32,000 nt of DNA from Thermococcus kodakarensis KOD1 (GTDB taxonomy: Archaea; Methanobacteriota_B; Thermococci; Thermococcales; Thermococcaceae), in contig NC_006624.1 of assembly GCF_000009965.1 (NCBI RefSeq), forward strand, positions 1,590,001 through 1,622,000. Reading direction: 5' to 3'. The notes beneath the pieces were generated by a model. That model was not told the DNA's origin. It did not search any database and saw nothing but the letters and a program-made list of their open reading frames with translations. Positions 7,226 to 14,191 of this stretch are shown here, piece by piece. Position 1 is the stretch's first letter. Every line of letters begins with the position of its first letter. Both the position numbers and the translations under genes were made by a program.

Positions 7226-7975
7226 TCAGTATATCTCACCGCTCGGGTACACAACGAGTCCGTCGCTCATTATTTCGAACGGGTACTTCTTCATTGAGTG
7301 CTTGGTCTCACGCATCTTCCTTATCAGGAGATACCTCTTCAGCTCAACCTCACGCTCTATGAAGTCAAGGAGAACAACACCCCTAGCAATGTACTCCTCA
7401 ATTCCATACCTGCTGATTTTCCCCCTGGATGGTTCGGGGGCCTCAGTAGTCAGGATAGAAGTCACGCCCATCTCAAGAAGTATCGTGTTCAGCTGGAGCA
7501 GAACCTCCCTGATTTCTTCCTCTTTCTTTAACCTGAACGCGATGGATGGAATCGAATCTATTACAAGCCTTTTGGCATCTATGGCCTTAACAACGCGGTA
7601 TATGTACCTGAGGAAGTCCTCGGTGTTAAGGTTGCCCTCAAGTACATACTGCTCCTCGGAGGGGAGGCCAACAACGGCGCTGACACCGTCTATGATTGCT
7701 ATTTTACCCTCTTTTTCGTATTTCTCTATGTCCCATCCGAACGCGCGCATCTCCCTTCTGAGATCGACTGCACGCTCCTCAAGTGTCACAATGACACCAG
7801 GCTCGTCGTAGAGCTCAACACCCTTATAGACAAACTGGACTGCAAAGGTGGTCTTACCGCTACCCGTTGGACCAGTCACAAGAACAGTTGTACCCTTAGG
7901 GAACCCGCCGTTTACAAGCTCATCGAACCCAGGAATCCCGCTTTTTACTCTGGGAACAGTCCATTCACCGGTCAT
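7226..7975 (-). CDS. KaiC-like / RecA-superfamily single-domain ATPase
   Basis: GIPGFDELVNGGFPKGTTVLVTGPTGSGKTTFAVQF contains a Walker A motif, and RLVIDSI is a Walker B motif. The size of about 250 aa fits a single KaiC domain. I chose the ATG at 7975, which has GGTGA 5 nt upstream; the ORF-track start at 7984 is the GTG inside that SD. Confidence 0.88.
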   Translation of the reverse strand: MTGEWTVPRVKSGIPGFDELVNGGFPKGTTVLVTGPTGSGKTTFAVQFVYKGVELYDEPGVIVTLEERAVDLRREMRAFGWDIEKYEKEGKIAIIDGVSAVVGLPSEEQYVLEGNLNTEDFLRYIYRVVKAIDAKRLVIDSIPSIAFRLKKEEEIREVLLQLNTILLEMGVTSILTTEAPEPSRGKISRYGIEEYIARGVVLLDFIEREVELKRYLLIRKMRETKHSMKKYPFEIMSDGLVVYPSGEIY

Positions 7976-8174
7976 TCCAATCACCGCGATATTGCTATGA
8001 TTACATTCTGATAAGTCCTCGCTAACTGCTAGGTATTAGAAACTATCACAATATAAAACTTTTGGATGTTCAGACACCATAGGGAATTTTATTGTCTTCA
8101 CAGTACATTATTGTGCACCTCCCAAAAAGGAAACCGTTTTATTGTTGATTATGTCACCCATATTAGGTGGGAGT

Positions 8175-9377
8175 ATGCTCGACCCCTTTGGAAAAAGAGC
8201 GGAGAGCCTCATAAGGGAAGAATTTGGGGACCTGCTGGCCCTTCTGGAGCGGGTACCCTCCGCCATTTCAGTTGAGGAACCGATAAGTCTAGTAAGCTGG
8301 ATGCTTGAATCAGAAAATCCACCGCAAGAACTTGTTGAGGTAGACAACCTAGAGGAACTCCGTGATCTGTTCAAGTTTTATGCTCTCCTCGGAGCGGCTT
8401 CCATATCTCCCTACGGGCTTGAGGCCGAGGTCGTCAAGAGGGCTACCCTGCGGCTGTATTCCGAGAGAATAAAGGCCTCTAAAAATCTCAGTGAAACCAT
8501 GTTGCCCGTTGTCCCCGTGGGAGAAAATGAAATTCCCCATAATGACCTGAACATCCTTGAAAGGAGAATGGACAGGAATTTATCCCCCGAGGAAAAGGAG
8601 AAGCTGAAAATAAAATACAAGATACCCATAAAGGACCTTCTAAACCTGTGGGGGAGCTCTCTGAAGGAGGTGTATATAAGAAACGGATACGCCTACCTCA
8701 GATGGGAAACCGCCCTGAAGATGTGGGAAAAAGCCTTTGAGAAAAGGTTCGAGAGGGCCGTTAACATCCTCTACGAGTACAGGGATGAACTCCCAGAATT
8801 CTACCACAGGCTCAGGGAGAAACTCGAAGAAATAGCTGAGGAGTACTTCAAAGAGAGGGGAGAGATGTTCAAGGGGACTGCATCACCGCTAAGGTTCGAC
8901 CTCTTCCCCCCGTGCGTTAAGGAAGCGCTCAAGGGAGTGCCCGCGGGCATGAGAAACTACGCCATAACCGTGCTTCTGACGAGTTTCCTCAGCTACGCAA
9001 GAATCTGTCCTAATCCACCCAAAAAAGACGTCAGGATAAAAGACTGCATTAACGACCTCAAGATCATCGAAGAGGAGATACTGCCGGTCATAATAGAGGC
9101 CGGAAACCGCTGTAAACCGCCGCTCTTCGAAGACCAGCCTCATGAGATAAAGAACATCTGGTACCACCTCGGCTTTGGTCTGACCGACAGCCCAACAATG
9201 GAGGACAGCGGAAACTCAACGTGGTACTTTCCCCCAAACTGCGACAAGATCCGGGCAAACGCACCCCAGCTGTGCAAACCGGACAAGTACTGCCGCGGAA
9301 TAAAGAACCCGTTGAGCTACTACCTCAAGAGGCTCTACCTTGAGGGAAAAAAGAAGGAAGGTGAGACCAGTGAGTAA
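8175..9377 (+). CDS. priL: DNA primase large (regulatory) subunit PriL (p46)
   Basis: The N-terminus MLDPFGKRAESL matches the N-termini of Pyrococcus p46 from memory. It contains FPPCVKEALKGVPAGMRNYAITVLLTSFLSYARICPNPP and C-terminal Cys ligands for the Fe-S cluster. AGGTGG lies upstream of the ATG at 8175. Confidence 0.93.
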   Translation: MLDPFGKRAESLIREEFGDLLALLERVPSAISVEEPISLVSWMLESENPPQELVEVDNLEELRDLFKFYALLGAASISPYGLEAEVVKRATLRLYSERIKASKNLSETMLPVVPVGENEIPHNDLNILERRMDRNLSPEEKEKLKIKYKIPIKDLLNLWGSSLKEVYIRNGYAYLRWETALKMWEKAFEKRFERAVNILYEYRDELPEFYHRLREKLEEIAEEYFKERGEMFKGTASPLRFDLFPPCVKEALKGVPAGMRNYAITVLLTSFLSYARICPNPPKKDVRIKDCINDLKIIEEEILPVIIEAGNRCKPPLFEDQPHEIKNIWYHLGFGLTDSPTMEDSGNSTWYFPPNCDKIRANAPQLCKPDKYCRGIKNPLSYYLKRLYLEGKKKEGETSE

Positions 9378-10410
9378 GCTGTTGAGGGAAGTAACGCCCG
9401 AAGAAAGGAGGCTCTACTACTCAGGGGAATGGGACGCCAAGAAGCTGCCAGAGTTCATAGTGGAGAGCATTGAACGGAGAGAATTCGGCTTTGACCACAC
9501 GGGTGAGGGTCCAAGTGACAGAAAGAACGCATTCTCAGACGTCAGAGACCTCGAGGATTACATAAGGGCGACCGCTCCATATGCCGCGTATTCCAGCGTT
9601 GCCTTTTACAGGAATCCACAGGAAATGGAAGGCTGGCTCGGCGCTGAACTCGTCTTTGACATAGATGCCAAAGACCTTCCGCTCAGACGCTGCCAGAACG
9701 AGCATCCCTCCGGCCAGGTGTGCCCAATCTGCCTCGAAGATGCAAAGGAGCTCGCCAGAGATACACTGATCATTCTAAAGGAGGACTTCGGGTTTGAGAA
9801 TATCCACGTGGTATACTCCGGCAGGGGATACCACATCAGGGTGATCGATGAGTGGGCGCTCAAGCTCGACTCCAAAGCCCGCGAGAGGATACTCTCCTAC
9901 GTCAGCGCGGCAGAGGAGGTAACTTTTGACGACATCCAGAAGAGGTACATAATGCTGTCAAGCGGCTATTTCAGGGTTTTCAGGCTGAGGTTCGGGTACT
10001 TTATCCAGAGAATAAACGAAAACCACCTCAAAAACATTGGGCTTAAGAGATCAACGGCCGAAAAGCTCCTTGATGAAAAGACCAGACAGGATATCGTTGA
10101 AAAGTTCGTCAACAAAGGCTTGCTTGCCGCATTTCCAGAGGGCGTTGGATACAGGACGTTGCTGAGACTGTTCGGGCTCTCAACGACGTTTTCAAAGGCT
10201 TATTTCGATGGTAGGGTCACAGTTGACCTGAAGAGAATACTCCGCCTTCCCTCAACTCTCCACTCCAAAGTTGGGCTGGTCGCGACTTACATCGGAAGCG
10301 ATGAAAAGAGACTTGAAAAGTTCGACCCCTTTAAGGATGCAGTGCCAGAGTTCAGAAAAGAGGAAGTGCAAAAAGCTTATCAAGAATGGAAGGAGCTACA
10401 TGAGGGATGA
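9370..10410 (+). CDS. priS: DNA primase small (catalytic) subunit PriS (p41)
   Basis: LLREVTPEERRLYY..EFGFDHTGEGPSDRKN..LVFDIDAKDLPLRRC..CPICLEDAKE..YSGRGYHIRV is the archaeo-eukaryotic primase catalytic core with a Zn knuckle. The likely start is the GTG at 9370, after GGAAGGTGA, which overlaps the priL stop by 8 nt. Confidence 0.93.
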   Translation: MSKLLREVTPEERRLYYSGEWDAKKLPEFIVESIERREFGFDHTGEGPSDRKNAFSDVRDLEDYIRATAPYAAYSSVAFYRNPQEMEGWLGAELVFDIDAKDLPLRRCQNEHPSGQVCPICLEDAKELARDTLIILKEDFGFENIHVVYSGRGYHIRVIDEWALKLDSKARERILSYVSAAEEVTFDDIQKRYIMLSSGYFRVFRLRFGYFIQRINENHLKNIGLKRSTAEKLLDEKTRQDIVEKFVNKGLLAAFPEGVGYRTLLRLFGLSTTFSKAYFDGRVTVDLKRILRLPSTLHSKVGLVATYIGSDEKRLEKFDPFKDAVPEFRKEEVQKAYQEWKELHEG

Positions 10411-11252
10411 ACGGAAGGGCAAAAGTAGTAGTTTCCATGCTCATATGGGGCAGTGTTGGAATATTCGGAAGATTATCCGGCCTAAGTGGTCTTGGAGTCG
10501 CTTTTGCCAGGGTTTTCCTGGGTGCTTTGGTTCTGTTTATGGTTATTGGGTTAACCAGAATGGAGTTGCTAAGGGAGCTCCCCATGATTTTCCGAAGCAA
10601 CTGGAAACCGCTGCTTGGCCTTGGTACAGCCCTGGCTCTCAACTGGGCGTTCCTGTTCACGGCCTTCAACTACACAACCATAGCAAATGCCGTAATGGTA
10701 TATTACATCGCACCCATTCTTGCCACTCTCATGTCCTGGCGTTTTCTTGGGGAAACTATAGACAGGAAAACGCTGAGCCTTATCATTCTAGCATTTTTAG
10801 GCCTCATCCTGATAATGAGCGGTCAGGAGATAAGTTTCGAAAACAGGGACTTCGTTGGAATCCTGCTCGCGTTCACGGCGGCGTTCTTCTACGCTATGAT
10901 ACCCAATCTCGGGAGGTTCTTGAAGGAAGTTGACGGAAAAATCTTAACGCTCAGCCAGCTGGGAATTGCTTCTTTCGTCCTCCTCCCCTTTGTCCTCCTC
11001 CAAGACGTTGGAAAGCCAGTCTGGTGGACGGTTCTTGTACTCGTGCTCATCCATACGGTTTTCGCGCTGTTTCTTTACATGGAGGGCCTCAAGGAAGTGG
11101 AAGTGAAGGACGCGGCTCTTTTGAGCTATCTTGACCCGGCGAGTGCTGTAGTTTATGCCTTCCTCGTCTTTGGTGAAGTGCCTGGAACGAGAACGGTAAT
11201 CGGTGGAGTGCTTATACTTCTTGCCTCGGCTTTGGATGCTCTGAGAAGATGA
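10407..11252 (+). CDS. EamA/DMT-superfamily transporter
   Basis: The 281-aa protein has about 10 TM helices and a two-fold EamA repeat pattern (SMLIWGSVGIFGR..., ...YLDPASAVVYAFLVFGE). Its ATG overlaps the priS stop (ATGA at 10407..10410). Confidence 0.88.
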   Translation: MNGRAKVVVSMLIWGSVGIFGRLSGLSGLGVAFARVFLGALVLFMVIGLTRMELLRELPMIFRSNWKPLLGLGTALALNWAFLFTAFNYTTIANAVMVYYIAPILATLMSWRFLGETIDRKTLSLIILAFLGLILIMSGQEISFENRDFVGILLAFTAAFFYAMIPNLGRFLKEVDGKILTLSQLGIASFVLLPFVLLQDVGKPVWWTVLVLVLIHTVFALFLYMEGLKEVEVKDAALLSYLDPASAVVYAFLVFGEVPGTRTVIGGVLILLASALDALRR

Positions 11253-11576
11253 GGCGAGGGGGCCGTAGCCCGCCTTCTGTATCAAGGGGGCATTCGACTG
11301 AGCGGCCTACCACGGGGCTCACACCGGGAACTCATCGCCCCTCCCTCGGCCTTGCACCCCGCGGGACGGCCGTTTCACCGCATCCCCCCGGGTCGTCTGC
11401 GGGTTAGCTCGGGCACCGTCGCCGGGCCCTTCACCGCTTTCATCCCCATATCCGGGGGGCCGTGTCGTTTCTGCGCCGTTGCCCGGCCTCTCGGCCGGTG
11501 CCTTGCGGCACCGCGGCCCCGGTGCGGTGGGCGGAACTTCCTCGGGAGTACCCCGAGAGCCCCCGACCCCCTCGCC
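11253..11576 (-). ncRNA. rnpB: RNase P RNA (archaeal type A)
   Basis: This is a 324-nt GC-rich block. On the minus strand the 5' end GGCGAGGGGGUCG pairs over 13 bp with the 3' end CGGCCCCCUCGCC (P1). A P3-like hairpin CUCGGG-GUACU-CCCGAG follows, then a CR-I-like GAGGAAGUUCCGCCC. Near the 3' end are a CR-IV/V-like GUCGAAUGCCCCC and ACAGAAGGCGGGCUA. The ORFs drawn across it are proline/arginine-rich junk. Confidence 0.88.
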
Positions 11577-11595
11577 TGAAGAACGTTAAAAGGGT

Positions 11596-11608
11596 GGAAA
11601 TAAAAAGG
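11596..11608 (-). promoter_or_regulatory. TATA box for the RNase P RNA gene
   Basis: The minus-strand sequence CCTTTTTATTTCC is centred about 26 nt upstream of the inferred RNA 5' end at 11576. It is squeezed between that end and the stop codon of the upstream gene (11614). Confidence 0.55.
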
Positions 11609-11613
11609 TTTGG

Positions 11614-13239
11614 TCACCTTTTCTTCGGAAGCGATTTAAAGCTCTTGAATTTTGGCGGTTTGGGCCTCTTGAACCTTCCTAGGGGAGAACGGCGCTTTGG
11701 ATTTGGTCTCTTTTTCCTTTTGCTCTTCGAGCTGAACTCCCGTTGCCACACGACCCAGATAAATGAGGCAACAAGAATAATAACCAAAAGAACTGCCGCC
11801 CAAAACGCGCTGCCGCGGGTAGAGGAGGTTTCTTCAACAGATGAACTCGATTCTGGAGTTGGAGTAGTGCTGGTGATGGGTTTGGATGACGTTGTGGTAG
11901 TGGGAGTGTTTGTTTCTTCAGGCGCAGGAAAGACCCAAACCCCAGAATATGAAGAGGTGTACTCAAGAACCTTCAGTGTGAAATTGTATGCAACGTACCC
12001 AGCGGTATCTAGCGGAATGGTAAGAACTACCAACCCGCTTCCTGGCGGTATATCAACAATAGTAGAACCTGAGTAAGAAACTGTTCCATCAATTGTTACA
12101 TTGTAGAGAAGAACTCCCGATTTTTTTGAATCTGAATTATACGTCCGAATGTTGAACACTATTCCCTTCTCATCTCTGACAACACTGACGTTCGCAATGC
12201 TTGGAGGACTCAGAACAGTGTAATGAACTTCGCCACCCCCAATACCGACACCAAAGAGGTACACCTGGTATCTAAGTGTATAGTTCCCCGGAATCTCAGT
12301 CAGCAACGGAACTCTAACGACCTGGGTACCTTCCGCCGCAGTTACTGGGATAGTCGTATTTTTCACAAACCGATTCTCATTATAATAACTTGCAACGAGG
12401 GTTAGATTTGCATTTCTCACGGACATCAGAGTTATGTACAGATGTCCAATGTCATTTAAATAGAGATGATCTTTTTCAAGGGAGACGGAAACTACCGAAA
12501 CACCAAGAAGAACCTTAAACTTCCTTAGCCGTGAGACTGAAGTAGTGGAGCACCTGACAGCAAGCTCAACCGTGTACTCCCCCTCGGAATACTTTGAGTC
12601 AATAGGAATCTCAAAAACCAGCGATGAATAGCCTGGAGCAACGACCATGCTTTTGGACACGGAATAGAGCTCTTTAACACCCTTAACTGAAAGACTGACA
12701 TTGATGCTTACATTTTTGTGACCCAGATTGGATATTGGGGAATAGACTACTAAAGAATCCCCTATGAAGACTGTCCCGTCTTCAGGCTGAATACTCAATT
12801 GTCCAACGCTTATTGGGACCGAAAGAACTTCCAGGGGAACTGCTACAACGAACGTCCTCAAACTGCCGGAAGGGAGAGTCGCAAGAAAACGAAGCTTCAA
12901 ACTGTAGTTTCCAGCGGGAACCTGCTCGGAGCAATTTATATAGTATGAAAATTCAACGACCTCATCTCTGTTCCAGCCCCCAAGAATTAATGGGGTAACC
13001 GTTACGTTGATACCCTCAACCTGACTGCCGTTCTGAGACTCAACCCAGAGAGCACGAAGGTATGTCCGCCCATAGGCCACCCCGGTTGGATTCATAATCG
13101 GTATTACACCCTTAGAATAGTCACCGGAAACAACGATTATACGCACGTCGGAAGAAGACTCGGAGAGCACAGGGGAAACATAAGGGATAATGAGTATAGC
13201 AATGACCACCAGTGAAATTATAGACGCCTTAATGGTCAT
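11614..13239 (-). CDS. Large cell-surface (S-layer-domain/CARDB-like) glycoprotein with Thr/Ser stalk, TM anchor and polybasic tail
   Basis: The ATG at 13239 has AGGTGA 5 nt upstream and a TATA (GTTTTATATTAAAAAG) about 30 nt further up. It has a signal peptide, many N-x-S/T sequons and beta-rich repeats. A stalk TNTPTTTTSSKPITSTTPTPESSSS is followed by a TM helix and then a tail of 43 residues with 20 K/R. Confidence 0.8.
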   Translation of the reverse strand: MTIKASIISLVVIAILIIPYVSPVLSESSSDVRIIVVSGDYSKGVIPIMNPTGVAYGRTYLRALWVESQNGSQVEGINVTVTPLILGGWNRDEVVEFSYYINCSEQVPAGNYSLKLRFLATLPSGSLRTFVVAVPLEVLSVPISVGQLSIQPEDGTVFIGDSLVVYSPISNLGHKNVSINVSLSVKGVKELYSVSKSMVVAPGYSSLVFEIPIDSKYSEGEYTVELAVRCSTTSVSRLRKFKVLLGVSVVSVSLEKDHLYLNDIGHLYITLMSVRNANLTLVASYYNENRFVKNTTIPVTAAEGTQVVRVPLLTEIPGNYTLRYQVYLFGVGIGGGEVHYTVLSPPSIANVSVVRDEKGIVFNIRTYNSDSKKSGVLLYNVTIDGTVSYSGSTIVDIPPGSGLVVLTIPLDTAGYVAYNFTLKVLEYTSSYSGVWVFPAPEETNTPTTTTSSKPITSTTPTPESSSSVEETSSTRGSAFWAAVLLVIILVASFIWVVWQREFSSKSKRKKRPNPKRRSPLGRFKRPKPPKFKSFKSLPKKR

Positions 13240-13281
13240 GACAATCACCTGGGATTATTAGAGGCTTTTTAATATAAAACA

Positions 13282-13563
13282 TTAGCGCACGTTTAACAAA
13301 ATTAAAACGCCTCCGCCAACGAGGAATAGTGTTATACTGAGAAAAATCTTGTAGAGGGGAGATTTTGAGAAATGGTCTTTAACTACTGCCGCTAAGATCA
13401 TCAAAATAGTACCATACACAAGAGAGAATATCCCAGCGGCTACCTCTGGTCTCACTTTAAGCACCAGCAGGACTCCCAGCAATGCCCCAGCGAGGACAGT
13501 GGCGTGCGGCACGGTGAACATAAGGTACCTGAGAAAAACCTTCTCCTCTTCGTCCATGGCCAT
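13282..13563 (-). CDS. Small hypothetical membrane protein (3 predicted TM helices)
   Basis: The ATG at 13563 shares a base with the upstream TGA stop (TGATG) and follows GGAG. The 93-aa protein is hydrophobic. Confidence 0.7.
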   Translation of the reverse strand: MAMDEEEKVFLRYLMFTVPHATVLAGALLGVLLVLKVRPEVAAGIFSLVYGTILMILAAVVKDHFSKSPLYKIFLSITLFLVGGGVLILLNVR

Positions 13564-13991
13564 CACTCCATTATGAACGCGTAGGTGGTCGTCGTTGGGA
13601 GGATTCTCCTTATCCTAGGAAGGAGATACCTGGGATACCTGCCCTCCGATTTCTCTTCTAACGGATCGAACTGCCCAAGGATGGTTTCTATTACCTTCAC
13701 TTCAATCTTTCCCCTAACCCTGAAGTAACCCCTATCCACAGTGCTAATCTCCAGGATTATCGGTAGTTTGAGCTTCTCTCGTTCATCATCCTCAAGGATG
13801 TCGGATAGGTATTCAAGCTCAGACGACCTAAAATAGTGCATGCTTCCGTCCCGTAGGATGACGTACCCGTCCCCATTTCTAAGGGCTTCGTTAAGGCTTA
13901 CCCTCTGCCTCGGCAGATGAAGGTTGACTCTCATTATTTCTTTGTTCAGCAGGTCTTCGGCCGTGGGCATGTTTGAGGATAAGGGCGACAT
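13563..13991 (-). CDS. UPF0216 (DUF61) family protein
   Basis: The pattern ...LNKEIMRVNLHLPRQRVSLNEAL...VILRDGSMHYFRSSELEYLSDIL...KLPIILEI... matches my recollection of the archaeal UPF0216 family. I chose the ATG at 13991 because it lies about 25 nt downstream of the palindromic TATA at 14007..14024, implying a leaderless transcript. The ORF-track start at 13997 is a TTG. Confidence 0.75.
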   Translation of the reverse strand: MSPLSSNMPTAEDLLNKEIMRVNLHLPRQRVSLNEALRNGDGYVILRDGSMHYFRSSELEYLSDILEDDEREKLKLPIILEISTVDRGYFRVRGKIEVKVIETILGQFDPLEEKSEGRYPRYLLPRIRRILPTTTTYAFIME

Positions 13992-14006
13992 CCTCAAAAA
14001 CGTTGG

Positions 14007-14024
14007 TTAACATTTAAATGTTAA
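14007..14024. promoter_or_regulatory. 18-bp perfect palindrome TTAACATTTAAATGTTAA containing a symmetric TATA core
   Basis: I checked it base by base and it is self-complementary over all 18 bp. The ATTTAAAT core is centred 25 nt from the ATG at 13991 on the minus strand. Confidence 0.6.
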
Positions 14025-14090
14025 ACACTTGGCATTTTTTCAATTGTTATTGACATCCCAACGTAAAAAGTGGAGCCGCGGGAGTTCATT

Positions 14091-14105
14091 TTGTCATCGT
14101 GACAA
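14091..14105. promoter_or_regulatory. Palindrome TTGTCA-N3-TGACAA upstream of the glnA promoter
   Basis: It has perfect 6-bp arms and is centred about 28 bp upstream of the glnA BRE/TATA (agaaaaag-TTAAATTT, 14115..14130). This is a candidate transcription-factor site. Confidence 0.4.
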
Positions 14106-14114
14106 GCAATCATC

Positions 14115-14130
14115 AGAAAAAGTTAAATTT
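14115..14130 (+). promoter_or_regulatory. glnA BRE/TATA promoter
   Basis: A purine-rich BRE-like AGAAAAAG is followed directly by TTAAATTT. The predicted TSS is near 14153, giving a leader of about 39 nt with GGTGA 5 nt before the ATG at 14192. Confidence 0.5.
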
Positions 14131-14191
14131 GAAAGAACAACCATTAAACTGTGTTAATATTGGACTAATGTTCACAAAATAGGTGATAAAA

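Noticed and set aside
7180-7226. Three segments (CCGGCT, AGCCGT, ACGGCT) downstream of the KaiC-like gene that could form mutually exclusive hairpins, resembling an attenuator.
   Set aside because: The stems are only 5-6 bp. The segments lie in a 3' UTR followed by oligo-T tracts, so this is most simply a 3'-end or terminator-region structure. Nothing suggests a regulatory switch.
8044-8060. TATCAC at 8046 and GTGATA sequences at about 2191 and 14183, considered as additional TGM sites.
   Set aside because: None has the partner half-site at N5 spacing. Only the site at 30716..30732 is a complete TGM.
11352-11617. ORFs 11352..11579 (+) and 11375..11617 (-) across the GC-rich block.
   Set aside because: Their translations are Pro/Arg/Gly-rich nonsense. 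The block is fully explained by the RNase P RNA, which has a 13-bp P1 helix and CR-I, CR-IV and CR-V-like elements.
14108-14114. CUGAUGA on the minus strand in the glnA upstream region, considered as an sRNA C box.
   Set aside because: There is no D box downstream and no terminal stem. The neighbouring GAUGA belongs to the TTGTCA-N3-TGACAA palindrome, which I treat as a DNA-level site.
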